From assembly GCA_048881705.1 (NCBI GenBank), contig JBHLSH010000026.1, positions 1 through 41,841 on the forward strand: a stretch of DNA of 41,841 nt, given 5' to 3'. The DNA comes from Candidatus Heimdallarchaeota archaeon (GTDB lineage Archaea > Asgardarchaeota > Heimdallarchaeia > Hodarchaeales > Hodarchaeaceae). This document shows positions 18,765-29,117 of the stretch, in pieces. The number at the start of each line of letters is the position of its first letter. Within the stretch, counting starts at the first letter, position 1. The notes beneath the pieces were generated by a model. That model saw nothing but the letters and a program-made list of their open reading frames with translations. It made no database searches and was not told the origin of the DNA. Both the position numbers and the translations under genes were made by a program.

Positions 18765-19205
18765 ATGGTTAGTGATCTTCAAGAGTTATTGCAGAATCGA
18801 CTACTAAACTCGTTGAAATTGACCTCCGACCTTTTTGAATCCATCGGAAACAGTGAACTAACACTCAAAATCAAAGACTCCCCGTCGAATACAATAGGAG
18901 AACAGGCCTGGTGCATTATTGGAGCCAGGGAATCGTATTTAACCGCGGTTGAAAATGAAAGATGGGTAGGATTCTCTTGTAGTCTTCGAAACACCTATGA
19001 TATTGAAGAAATTAGAAGTAAACTTAACAGTTCTTATGAAAATGTTGGTCGGATTATCCAAAGAACTACTCTATCCATTCTACAAAATGAATTTTTGTTT
19101 CAATTGCTTGAACATGAAGTTCAGCACCATGGACAGCTCATTCGCTATTTTTATACGAATAGACTAAAATTTCCTAGAACTTGGAATAAACGTTATACTG
19201 TTTGA
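18765..19205 (+). CDS. DinB/YfiT-superfamily protein
   Basis: TIGEQAWCIIGARESY and LLEHEVQHHGQL, four-helix pattern. Confidence 0.75.
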   Translation: MVSDLQELLQNRLLNSLKLTSDLFESIGNSELTLKIKDSPSNTIGEQAWCIIGARESYLTAVENERWVGFSCSLRNTYDIEEIRSKLNSSYENVGRIIQRTTLSILQNEFLFQLLEHEVQHHGQLIRYFYTNRLKFPRTWNKRYTV

Positions 19206-19486
19206 AGGGCGTTTGATGGAAAGAGATGCAGAGGATTTTACTCTAAATCGTCTATTTTGGAAAAGTTCTCTCAAATATCCGTGCTGTTGACTACTTTCCG
19301 AGAAAAGGCATACTTGAAAACTCCATCTTAGCCTTGTATTAGATTTCTTCGATTTCTAACAGAATTTGATTATTTTAGATGGTGGTACTGTATGAATCGT
19401 AACCGATATTTGATAAAGGTACCATAAGAGGCTCATCAGAACAGTTTAATTGAGTTTAATTTTCGTTTAATTGAGGTAGATAGGTA

Positions 19487-20938
19487 ATGACCGAGGTGAA
19501 TCTAGATCCTGAAGATTGGGAATCGTTTCAAGACTTAGGAACAAAGATGCTTGTGGAAATGATGACACATCTTAAGACAATAAGAGATAAACCCGTATGG
19601 CAGCCAATTCCGGATAGTGTAAGATCAACATACAGAGAGCCCTTAAACGAAGAACCACAACATCTGAGCGATGTATATCAAGAATTTCGGGACAACATCT
19701 TGCCTTATGCTTTAGGAAATATTCACCCACGGTTCTGGGGATGGGTGATCGGTACAGGAACTCCTGTGGGTGTATTGGCTGAAATGTTGAAGGCGGGAAT
19801 GAATCCTAATTTAGGCGGAGGGGACCATAGCGCCAATTATATTGAAATGCAAGTTGTAGAATGGATGAAAGAGATATTTGGATTTCCTCGCGATGCAAGC
19901 GGAATTTTAACCACAGGAGGATCTATGGCGAATTTGGTGGGCCTGACAGTTGCTAGAAATAAAAAAACTGGTCATGATGTACGAAATCAAGGGATATACA
20001 CAACACGGCCTCCAGTCGTATATGGCTCCGTTGAGACTCATAGTTCAGTCCAAAAAGCGATTGAACTGCTTGGAATCGGCAAGGAGTTCTATCATACGAT
20101 TCCTGTCAACGATCGATTCGAGATCGATCTGCAGTCTCTTACGCAAACAATTGAAACCGATAAAGAGGCTGGCTTACGCCCGATCTGTATTGTCGGTAAT
20201 GCAGGTACAGTCAATACTGGGGCATTCGATAATTTACCCGAGTTAGCTCAGATTGCCAGACAAGAAAACGCCTGGTTTCATGTGGATGGTGCCTTCGGGG
20301 CTTTCGCATGCTTGTCATCATCCCACAAGGATCTTGTGCATGGCATCAATCAAGCTGATTCGTTGGCATTCGATCTTCACAAATGGATGTACATGCCGTA
20401 TGATATCGGATGTATTCTCGTTCGATCCGAGGCGGATCACTACAAAACATTTACCCTTACCCCCGATTACCTGGCCCATGAGACCAGAGGTATCCCATCA
20501 GGTAAAAAATGGCTATCAGATTACGATTTTTTACTCTCACGCGGATTTCGCGGACTTAAGGCCTGGATGAGTCTTAAAACGCATGGTTTGAAGCAATATA
20601 AACTATTAATCCAGCAAAATATCGATCAGGCTCAGTATTTAACAGACAAGGTTAAGAGTAATCTGAATCTGAGGTTAATCGCCCCAACATCGCTCAATAC
20701 AGTGTGTTTTCAGTTCGTACCTCATGACAAGGGATTGCCCATAGAAGAAGTGAATCAGATGAATAGAGAGATAGTCCTTCAGTTGCATGAAAAAGGAATC
20801 GCTGCCCCAAGCTATGCATCTCTTAACGGTCTTTATGCTATTAGGGTATGTATTACAAACCATCGCAGTATTCGACCTGATCTTGATCTATTTATTCAAT
20901 CCGTGATAGAAATCGGTCAAAATTTAACGTCTGTTTGA
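19487..20938 (+). CDS. Group II PLP-dependent amino-acid decarboxylase (AADC/GAD family)
   Basis: HPRFWG, GILTTGGSMAN, HSSVQKA, AGTVNTGAFD, WFHVDGAFG, DLHKW (PLP Lys). Confidence 0.93.
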   Translation: MTEVNLDPEDWESFQDLGTKMLVEMMTHLKTIRDKPVWQPIPDSVRSTYREPLNEEPQHLSDVYQEFRDNILPYALGNIHPRFWGWVIGTGTPVGVLAEMLKAGMNPNLGGGDHSANYIEMQVVEWMKEIFGFPRDASGILTTGGSMANLVGLTVARNKKTGHDVRNQGIYTTRPPVVYGSVETHSSVQKAIELLGIGKEFYHTIPVNDRFEIDLQSLTQTIETDKEAGLRPICIVGNAGTVNTGAFDNLPELAQIARQENAWFHVDGAFGAFACLSSSHKDLVHGINQADSLAFDLHKWMYMPYDIGCILVRSEADHYKTFTLTPDYLAHETRGIPSGKKWLSDYDFLLSRGFRGLKAWMSLKTHGLKQYKLLIQQNIDQAQYLTDKVKSNLNLRLIAPTSLNTVCFQFVPHDKGLPIEEVNQMNREIVLQLHEKGIAAPSYASLNGLYAIRVCITNHRSIRPDLDLFIQSVIEIGQNLTSV

Positions 20939-20969
20939 GACTTCATACCCCGTCTTTACGCTGAAATAA

Positions 20970-21434
20970 TCACAATTCTGAAAGTATTTCGTAAAATTTC
21001 TGACAATTGATACGTAGTTGTTTCAGTTGCTCATTTGTAAGTCGATTTGAAAAAGTTGTATGTGAGGAGGTTAGAATTTCAGAGAATTTCGTACTAATAT
21101 TGGCTTCAAGCTGCAAAAGGAACTGAGTCAATTTTTCTGCTGATTCGTGAAAAATAACGAGATAAGCCAGCCCTGAAGTCTCAAAGCGAAACAATTTGGT
21201 AATTGCGAAGATTTCTACTTCGTCAAAAACAATGGGAAGAAAAGACCAATCCACGTTCTCGAGATCTGTTTTATCTTTCATAGAGAGGATCGAAAGTAAA
21301 AGTTGCCATGAAGAAAGCTCGGAGTGCCATGTAGATCCCGACCAAAGGATTTGTGGCCTTTTATTTAGTTCAATGATGCCAAAAAAGAGGCCCAAGCCAG
21401 GGAGTGGATGGGAATGGATTTCATCATTAGTCAT
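20970..21434 (-). CDS. Hypothetical protein, possibly longin/uDENN-like fold
   Basis: 154 aa with an apparent beta-beta-alpha-beta-beta-beta-alpha pattern; the fold call is speculative. Confidence 0.55.
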   Translation of the reverse strand: MTNDEIHSHPLPGLGLFFGIIELNKRPQILWSGSTWHSELSSWQLLLSILSMKDKTDLENVDWSFLPIVFDEVEIFAITKLFRFETSGLAYLVIFHESAEKLTQFLLQLEANISTKFSEILTSSHTTFSNRLTNEQLKQLRINCQKFYEILSEL

Positions 21435-21669
21435 AAGACCTTCTGTGACCCCTTTTGCTTTCTATGACAATCTCATGATATTTTAGGTCGTATAACGATC
21501 GAATTATTTGAGAGAGTCAAGATTTAATGTCGCTTTCTCTCTAAATCGTCTCCGGTTTTACATCAAATAAAATATAACCAAAGGATCGAAACTACGCCAT
21601 CTCGGATTTCGGCTGCACAGAAAGCGGAATCTCAGCTAAGAAAGAGTCATCGTGTTCTCCTAGTCAGAA

Positions 21670-24258
21670 GTGGTTATTATGAGCGTAAAAAGAATATTGT
21701 TTGTGAATTCAATTATTCTCATATCGTCAATCGTCGGAAGTATGATTCTAGTTATCGTTTTATCAACTCCATTAATGGGCATGTTTGCATTAGGACCTAT
21801 CGTTTCTCCTGGAGGGATTTTTGATGCCGCATACGGATCTACGTATTCATCACAAACAATAAGCGACCCTCATCTGACAAATCAGGTTACGGTAATACGT
21901 GATATTTGGGGGATCCCCCATATCTACGGAGATTCCCAAGAGGATGTTGCATTTGCTCTCGGGTACCTGCACGCTGAAGATCGACTGTTTCAAATGGAAA
22001 TTACCCTACGATTGGGATTGGGGAGAATGGCAGAAATTTTTGGCAACGACTCTTTGCAGGACGATATTTGGTTTCAAACGGTTGGTATAGAAAAAACAGC
22101 GGAGGAAGCAATTGCCTCGTCGAGACAAGATCCCTTGATGAAAGATTTTTTGAAAATTATGGATATATACTGTGCTGGGGTAAACGCTTCGATCGATACT
22201 AGAATTAAGACCAAAACTCTTCCAATTGAATTTCATTTATTGAATTTCGAGCCGACTCCTTGGACCTTAGAAAAAATATATGCATATAAACTTTTGATGG
22301 GACTCCAATTGACCTATTCTACTGAGGATCTTAGTGATACAGTTCTCTTGGATGATGTTTTTGATGGCAATATTTCCCAGATGGAAGAGCTGTTCCCCGT
22401 AAATAACTCTTATTTTCAGGTTCCAGTGGTTCCTACCTATGGTAATTACTCATCTAAAATTACTAATAGCATTACCACTTCAAATAATGGCGCTCGAACC
22501 AATAATGCCGCAAAAATATTAAGAAAAACGCTAATCAAGCAGATACTAGATGCTACCCCTGATTTTGTACGTTTTTATCAACAATCATGGATAGGATCCA
22601 ATAACTGGGTAGCGGGAAGTGTGAAAGCCGCGGGAGACAAACCTGTCCTGAGTAATGATATGCATCTAGGCATCAATCTCCCTCATATTTGGTATGAAGC
22701 CCATCTGGTCGTTTCAGCTGAGAATATCAACAGCTACGGTTATACTCTCACAGGGACTCCCGTTATTGTAGTCGGGACTAATACTCATGTTGCCTGGGGG
22801 TTTACGAACGTTGCCAATGATGCTGTTGACTGGTATGAATACATCTGGAACGGTGACCGTTCCATGTACTGGAGTGGAAAAGAAAACCAATGGAAGTCTC
22901 CAAGCAAAAGAAATGTCACCATCGCCGTGCGTGGTCAGCCTGATCATGTAGAAACCATTCTTTACACTGAAGATGGAGTAGTAATGGGAGAAACTGAAGG
23001 AAAAACGATGATGGCCATGAGGTGGGTGGCCACAGAAGCTCCCACATACGAAATGCTTGCATTGAATGGTGCTGTTAAAGCGGAGAACTGGTCTGATTTC
23101 AATGCCTCATTTCAATATTGGTCTGATCCGAGTCAGAACGTGATCTTTGCGGATTCCAGCGGAAACATCGCTTTACGTCCAAGCGGAAAATTCATTAAAC
23201 GTAAATACTTCGGAGAAGGAAGATACGTAATCAATGGAAGTGATCCATCAATAAACAAGACCTGGGAATTCATTCCTTATAATGAACTTCCATACGCTCT
23301 CAATCCTCCTCAAGGTTATCTTGCCTCGGCTAATCAAAAGAGCACTGGTCCAGATTATCCCTATTATATCTCATCGAGGCAGAGTAACGGCTACAGAGGA
23401 AGAGCGATCAACAATCTCCTTAAGAACGCACCTTCGGGATCAGTAGATATCGAATGGATGAAGGATGCTCAGGCCGGGCGTGGGGGAATCTTTGATACTC
23501 GAGCCCAAGCTTTTACTCCATTCTTTATCTCAGCGATTGAATCATCAGGCCAGATTCAAGCTGGTTCCCTTTTGGATGATTCGCTTCAAATCCTGAAACA
23601 GTGGCAAGCAAGTTCAGATCAGTGGTTAATGAACAAAACGTATGTTGCTCCGACGATTTTTTCTCAAACACTGACCCTTTTTAGGAACTATGTATGGAAC
23701 GATGAATGGGCGGCTCGTGGTGTTACTGCACCGAAACCAGGTGATAACGTTCTGGAATTCTTGGTTAAAAATGAACCTGATTCCATTTGGTTTGATGACA
23801 TCTCAACCACTGGTACACTGGAAGACCGAGACGAAATCATTGTTAAGGCATTTAAACAAGCAGTAACCGATTTGGTTGGGAATTTCAGTTCTGATGTTAG
23901 CAGTTGGGTTTATGGCGCATACCATAGAATGTATTTTGACCATCTAGGAGGTATTTCTGCCTTTTCAAGGGGTAATTATCCACATGATGGATCTGGAGCT
24001 ACCTTACTGAACGCAGGAGGACGAGAAGTTCGTGGAGGGCCAAGCGAGCGGATGATTGTTGATTTCAACGATATTGCAAACAGCTTGTCTGTAATTCCCG
24101 GAGGAGTTAGCGGTAATCCCGTGAATCCTCATTATGCAGACCAAGCTCTTGAATTGTGGATAAAGGGGGAACTTCATCCGATGTGGATCCAGTATGGTTC
24201 CGTTACTGCATTTCCAAAAGAGATTAGAGAGGTTTCGATTACTTTCAACCCAGTCTGA
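21670..24258 (+). CDS. Penicillin acylase family (S45) Ntn-hydrolase, N-terminally anchored
   Basis: RDIWGIPHIYG, GYLHAEDRLFQM, GSNNW (catalytic Ser), NDMHL, WYEAHL, PGGVSGNP..PHY.DQ. Confidence 0.93.
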   Translation: MVIMSVKRILFVNSIILISSIVGSMILVIVLSTPLMGMFALGPIVSPGGIFDAAYGSTYSSQTISDPHLTNQVTVIRDIWGIPHIYGDSQEDVAFALGYLHAEDRLFQMEITLRLGLGRMAEIFGNDSLQDDIWFQTVGIEKTAEEAIASSRQDPLMKDFLKIMDIYCAGVNASIDTRIKTKTLPIEFHLLNFEPTPWTLEKIYAYKLLMGLQLTYSTEDLSDTVLLDDVFDGNISQMEELFPVNNSYFQVPVVPTYGNYSSKITNSITTSNNGARTNNAAKILRKTLIKQILDATPDFVRFYQQSWIGSNNWVAGSVKAAGDKPVLSNDMHLGINLPHIWYEAHLVVSAENINSYGYTLTGTPVIVVGTNTHVAWGFTNVANDAVDWYEYIWNGDRSMYWSGKENQWKSPSKRNVTIAVRGQPDHVETILYTEDGVVMGETEGKTMMAMRWVATEAPTYEMLALNGAVKAENWSDFNASFQYWSDPSQNVIFADSSGNIALRPSGKFIKRKYFGEGRYVINGSDPSINKTWEFIPYNELPYALNPPQGYLASANQKSTGPDYPYYISSRQSNGYRGRAINNLLKNAPSGSVDIEWMKDAQAGRGGIFDTRAQAFTPFFISAIESSGQIQAGSLLDDSLQILKQWQASSDQWLMNKTYVAPTIFSQTLTLFRNYVWNDEWAARGVTAPKPGDNVLEFLVKNEPDSIWFDDISTTGTLEDRDEIIVKAFKQAVTDLVGNFSSDVSSWVYGAYHRMYFDHLGGISAFSRGNYPHDGSGATLLNAGGREVRGGPSERMIVDFNDIANSLSVIPGGVSGNPVNPHYADQALELWIKGELHPMWIQYGSVTAFPKEIREVSITFNPV

Positions 24259-24268
24259 GGTATCAAAG

Positions 24269-24727
24269 ATGACAAATAACGAAATTCAAACGTATTCATT
24301 TCCGCAGTTTTTCAAAAATCGCAAGATCATGGCTTTTGTTTTTTCAATCTTTGGAATGCTTCTCATTGATCTTTTTCTGGCCTCACAATTGCCTTTCTGG
24401 TTGCATCCGATCATTATTGGAGCCATCGTCGGCATAATCATTGGTAACGCAACCGGCGCCACCGTGGCATTAGTCGGAGCATTGATAGGTCGATTTTCCT
24501 CAATAATTACAATTACACTGACCAGATCGGGTGTTTTCGAAACCGCTGACCTATTTCTTCAAGTTATTGGAGAAACCCTTGGTGTATCCTTGCCTGCAGG
24601 ATCTTTATTGATTACTATGCTGTCCATGCTATTCTGTGGCCTCTTTGCATTCATAGGGGGCCTAATCGGGGGTTCAATAACAAAGATAGTAAGTGTTTCA
24701 CTTAGAACTACAAATGAATCTGATTAG
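24269..24727 (+). CDS. Hypothetical membrane protein with Gly-rich TM helices
   Basis: ATG 24269 lies 10 nt after the acylase stop with an upstream GAGGT; about 4 TM segments. The track start at 24194 overlaps the acylase. Confidence 0.65.
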   Translation: MTNNEIQTYSFPQFFKNRKIMAFVFSIFGMLLIDLFLASQLPFWLHPIIIGAIVGIIIGNATGATVALVGALIGRFSSIITITLTRSGVFETADLFLQVIGETLGVSLPAGSLLITMLSMLFCGLFAFIGGLIGGSITKIVSVSLRTTNESD

Positions 24728-24728
24728 G

Positions 24729-24741
24729 TTTTCTTTTTTTT
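24729..24741 (+). terminator. T-rich terminator after the acylase operon
   Basis: TTTTCTTTTTTTT immediately after the stop codon. Confidence 0.5.
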
Positions 24742-24820
24742 CGAGTCTGTGATCCATTTTTGTTTAATCGCGGTGTTATAGAAAGGTTCAAGTGAAATGA
24801 TACCTATTTCTCAATAATAG

Positions 24821-26131
24821 CTATGGCCCATTCCCATAGAGTTCAGGTAGTTTCTGCTCGAGGTCATGCAAAACCTCTTCCTCATTAATGGTCAATACCT
24901 GACGATCGTACATCAATAATTGGCCATTAACAATTAAAGAATGAGTATCACCGCCATTGGCAGCATAAACGAGGTTAGAAACAACATTTGAACTGGGAAT
25001 CAAGTGCGGCCTATAAAAATCCATAACTACAAGATCAGCCACAGGTTGCGGATTCTTTTTACTGATGAGCGTTCTGGGTTTCATTCGATCTCTAAAAGCC
25101 CAGCATGTATCGTTTAAAGTTTGTTCAGCTGTATAAAGAGCAGGATCCCAGCGATGAGCAGAAATAACATTTGCAGCATTTCGCATCTCGCGCCATAGAT
25201 CTAGGGTATTGTTGGATGCGGAACCATCTGTCCCTATAGCAACCGTGGCGTTTGCTTTGAGAAGTTCAGGAACTGGTGTTACTCCTCCATAGGCCAGCTT
25301 TTGAGACGAAACTGGACACCATCCGACAATAGATTCATGTTTTCCCAATATCTCAACTTCACGTTGCGTTATCCAGGTGCAATGGGCAAGAATCGTATCT
25401 ACCTCATCACGAAAGAACCCTATTTGATCTAATCGTTCCACAGGGGGTGCCTTGTGTTTCTCTTCGGATTCGAGAACCTCCTTACGCGTTTCCGATGCAT
25501 GGATCATAATTGGTACAGAATGTTTCTCTGCGAGGTCTGCTGTCTTCAAGATCGTTTCGGGATCCACTGTCGATTGGGAGTGAGGTGCAATACTGGCCTC
25601 GAGCAATGGAGAGGTTTTGGCCAGGTCCAAAGTTCTACGGAACTCCGTCAATTGAAATTCAATCCCTCCCTGATCTACGAAGGCACTAGGTAGCACACCA
25701 CTACCTAACCATCCTCTTAATCCTGCTTGAACCAATACGGTACCAATTTTTGATTCATGAAAATAAAAATCGGCCGCACCACCAGTTCCTGATTTGATCA
25801 TTTCTAGAGCGGCTAGCTGAGTACCGATTGTTATCCAGCTGGCATCGAATTTTCCTTCGATCTCCCAAATATCCTGGAGCCATGGAAATAATGGTTTATT
25901 ATCTGAATATCCTCTTAAGAGGGTCATAGGGAGATGTGTATGGCTATTAATAGGTGGGGGGAGCACTACTAATCTCTTGTCCTGAATTAGAAATTCAGGA
26001 TCTGGTAATCTGGCTTTGGGTGATATGTCAGTGATAATGTTATCCTCTATCACAATATTTGTTTTTTTTTGTAATTTGTCTGTTCTTGGTTTTGGTAGAA
26101 ACGAGACGCCCTGAAGAAGTAATTCCATCAA
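24821..26131 (-). CDS. mtaD: Amidohydrolase, MTA/SAH (5'-deoxyadenosine) deaminase family
   Basis: NSHTHLPM, MIKSGT, APHS, HASET, AHC, GTDGSASNNTLD, ADLVV. Confidence 0.82.
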   Translation of the reverse strand: MMELLLQGVSFLPKPRTDKLQKKTNIVIEDNIITDISPKARLPDPEFLIQDKRLVVLPPPINSHTHLPMTLLRGYSDNKPLFPWLQDIWEIEGKFDASWITIGTQLAALEMIKSGTGGAADFYFHESKIGTVLVQAGLRGWLGSGVLPSAFVDQGGIEFQLTEFRRTLDLAKTSPLLEASIAPHSQSTVDPETILKTADLAEKHSVPIMIHASETRKEVLESEEKHKAPPVERLDQIGFFRDEVDTILAHCTWITQREVEILGKHESIVGWCPVSSQKLAYGGVTPVPELLKANATVAIGTDGSASNNTLDLWREMRNAANVISAHRWDPALYTAEQTLNDTCWAFRDRMKPRTLISKKNPQPVADLVVMDFYRPHLIPSSNVVSNLVYAANGGDTHSLIVNGQLLMYDRQVLTINEEEVLHDLEQKLPELYGNGP

Positions 26132-26237
26132 AAAGTCATCCTACAGAGTTCAAAAGTAAATGCATTGAGAACGCGAAGGGAAATATCCTGATTTCGTTGT
26201 CATAAGAAACATCTTTTTAAATCATAACCCAGCGAAA

Positions 26238-27785
26238 ATGATTATTCTCGGATTAATATATTCTGAAACCATTATTGAGTGGATCATAATGCAAAGAGAA
26301 AGCGCTCAACAACAAATAGCATCAGTGGCTTTAAGAGGTAGACTCATAGACCTGAAAACAGCAGAAGAAGAAACCAGGGTAGAAGAATGGCAAACTCAGG
26401 CCTTGGAAGAACATATAAGAAAAGCTGGTATTAGAAGACGAGGTTTTGCTATGCCATTGGCGGAAGGCGTAAGGGATATTACAAGCACGGCTGAAGCAAT
26501 TAATGATGTAAAATCCTTTTTACCTGAGGTTCAATTATCCGGCTGGGAACTTAGGGTTGAGCGAAACACGAGAGCTTGGGGGGGCAGTTATTATCGTGTC
26601 TTGGAAACAACTGATCCTGACACCAAAGAGGATTTAAGATGCATTCAATGGATCTATGTGTGGACAAAACAACGTGTTTTTATTAGTCTCTGGATGACCG
26701 TTCTTCCGTTATTTCTCCTGTCACTCGTAGGTACTCTGATCTATTCTTATTTATCCTTACAAGAAGCGGCAATCTCAGTCGGTTTAATAGGATTGATCTT
26801 TTTCCTGCTTGGGGTCTCGCAATTATTCACAGCAGTTAGGGGTTTTAGCAAGGGGGCATTTTATTTTAGTAATCAACAACTGTTCCTGATATTTGGAGGG
26901 TTGTTTTGGCTCTTATTACTTGAAATTTACTTAACTAAAGGATCTCAGAATAAAGAAATCATTTCAACCCAAGAAGTTTGGCATAAGATTCCGGGTCAAG
27001 ATATCATTGACAACCTTACAGAAAATCTAATTCATAAATCCCTATCGCTTTCATGGGTTGCAGCCCTCTTTTTTATTTTAGGCCTGGCAGCCCTAATCCT
27101 CTGGCGGTTTCAAGATCGTATTCCCTCTTTTACCCATGCTACTCACGATATGGATTATGCCCCCTTGTTCTTGTATCTGAGAAAAAGAAATAATTCTTGG
27201 CAACTAGAAAAAGCCCGGTATGATGCATTCCACTATCTCGCAGAAACAAAATCTTACCAAGAACTGGAGGAACTGGGTGCCATAAGCAGCAATAAAAAAA
27301 GTGCAAAACTAGAAATACCGAATTTTTGGCATTCCTTTTCTCCATTGACGGGACGTCTTCATGGCTGGACCGTTGTTTTTCTTGGCATCCTTATACTTAT
27401 CGTTTCAATAACAATTGGAATTATTTCCTTTACTGCCTCCGAGGTTACCTTTTTGGGCCATGCGGTTTTCAGATTTGTTGTGTTTCCCGTTTCTATGTTC
27501 GTGGGCGTTTATCTGATTTCAGCAAAATGGCCACACCAACTGGTACCGAAGAAAAAAACAAACCTATCAGATAATAAATTCCATTTGACTGACAATCGGT
27601 TGAATATTTTTTGGAACATTAAAGGAGAGGAGCCTGCGTTGAAGGTAAGGTCAAAATTACAAGATCCATGGATGGATGATGAGGTATTTACAACCTTTCG
27701 GGATGATTTGACCCAGATAGTCTTCTATTCCTTACTTCCGAGACTAGCTGCACTAGAACAAGAGAAGTTTTTTGGTAGATTGTGA
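26238..27785 (+). CDS. Hypothetical multi-pass membrane protein with soluble aromatic/His-Asp motifs
   Basis: 515-aa ORF with about 6 TM segments; IQWIYVW, HDMDYAP, YDAFHY. The start may be ATG 26290. Confidence 0.7.
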   Translation: MIILGLIYSETIIEWIIMQRESAQQQIASVALRGRLIDLKTAEEETRVEEWQTQALEEHIRKAGIRRRGFAMPLAEGVRDITSTAEAINDVKSFLPEVQLSGWELRVERNTRAWGGSYYRVLETTDPDTKEDLRCIQWIYVWTKQRVFISLWMTVLPLFLLSLVGTLIYSYLSLQEAAISVGLIGLIFFLLGVSQLFTAVRGFSKGAFYFSNQQLFLIFGGLFWLLLLEIYLTKGSQNKEIISTQEVWHKIPGQDIIDNLTENLIHKSLSLSWVAALFFILGLAALILWRFQDRIPSFTHATHDMDYAPLFLYLRKRNNSWQLEKARYDAFHYLAETKSYQELEELGAISSNKKSAKLEIPNFWHSFSPLTGRLHGWTVVFLGILILIVSITIGIISFTASEVTFLGHAVFRFVVFPVSMFVGVYLISAKWPHQLVPKKKTNLSDNKFHLTDNRLNIFWNIKGEEPALKVRSKLQDPWMDDEVFTTFRDDLTQIVFYSLLPRLAALEQEKFFGRL

Positions 27786-27852
27786 GATGATAAGGGGTTT
27801 CCCCGTGCCTTTTTTTATCAAAAATTACAAACTAGGTGTCGCGAACGCTTCG

Positions 27853-28239
27853 CTAGAGAAACTCAAACCGGTTTAACAAGAAAGATATGAGTTCTCCTCT
27901 AGAGATAAGAGAAATTACACCCGTTTGATCTGCCAAGCGTTTTGCTGAATACGAAAAGCCCATGCAGGAGATTATAATTATCTTGGTTAATTTGGGACAG
28001 GCTTGGAATAACTCTTCAGCCTTATGAACCTGACCTACGCCCACATTGCGCTTCCAATCTCGAATAATAATCCCTATCAGCTCATTCTGCGAGTTTTGAT
28101 GTGTTAAAACATAAGACAGGCGAGAATCAGCAATTGGATTATCAGTTACGAGAGCCGGGTGGGTGAACTGAAATCCCATCCCTTCGAACGCAGTGAGGAA
28201 GAGGTGTTCTAAATTAAGAGTTTGATAGTCGATTGACAT
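27853..28239 (-). CDS. Mrr_cat-like restriction-endonuclease-fold protein, degenerate active site
   Basis: FEGMGF, GIIIRDWKRNVGVGQV, IIIISCMGFSYSA follow the Mrr_cat pattern (xxKxWxxxVG...xSxxGF). Confidence 0.7.
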   Translation of the reverse strand: MSIDYQTLNLEHLFLTAFEGMGFQFTHPALVTDNPIADSRLSYVLTHQNSQNELIGIIIRDWKRNVGVGQVHKAEELFQACPKLTKIIIISCMGFSYSAKRLADQTGVISLISRGELISFLLNRFEFL

Positions 28240-29117
28240 TTTAGACGGATCCTAAGGATTCGGTTCTAAGAGAAAACTAATTACAAAGCGTTGCAGGTTT
28301 GTTTTTTAATTTCTATATTATATAAATAGTCTTCTAATGATCTAGGGGGGAATGCGATCAAAACAAAGACGACTCAAACTCTTTAATCCACATATATACC
28401 GACAAAATGTAAACAAGAAAGAAAAAAGCCAGTTAAGGCCCTCCCAGGGTAGGACGAAAGAATATCCCACTCTAATCATTGACCACAAAATTACAATCGA
28501 AAATTCCGTAGAAGGGAAAAAAGAATTATGAGAAGAACCGGAATGAGAGATAACATATCAAAGATCACTTGTTTGACCAATTATGAGGCCTTTGAAGCTA
28601 GAAGTCTAATATCTGATTCCTTTACCGTTTTACAACCCGTATAAGAGGCAATTCAGCCAGCTTTTTGTCATAAGATACCTTCAATTATCGATCGGATGGG
28701 GAGAATCTAAGGAACTTTTGCATTCTGCGAGGATGGATCCTTTCTTCTTACTTTTTCCTGAACTGATAGAGATTGTAGCTCAAAAATAACGCAGAAGGGA
28801 AATATCGGGTGATTAAACCGCGGAATTCTCGTCTTCTCAACCGAAGAGAAGAAACCAATACCTGATTTGCCAGTCCGCGAGTTTATGCATATTTTTGGTC
28901 TCTGATCACTGTCGCAACATTTAGAGAAATGTTCGGAATTCATATGACCTACTTAATAATCCTTTAAGGCCTTGCCGGGATACGAGGCTCTGAAAGCTGC
29001 TGGTATCAGAAAATAGCCTTATTTTCATCTACGTTGCAAGGAATCGTATTTAAATATAACAGGTAGTCATTCATTGTCTGATTTCAGATAACATTTGAAT
29101 TCAATGCGTGTATCACC

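Noticed and set aside
19241-21551. 13-bp direct repeat CTCTAAATCGTCT at 19241 and 21539 flanking the decarboxylase
   Set aside because: Roughly a dozen 13-mer matches are expected by chance in 42 kb, and there is no integrase or transposase; at most a regulatory motif.
28420-28470. Hammerhead-like GACGAAAG
   Set aside because: No CUGAUGA core or three-stem junction could be built.
28707-28943. 78-aa minus-strand ORF
   Set aside because: No recognisable features; treated as intergenic.
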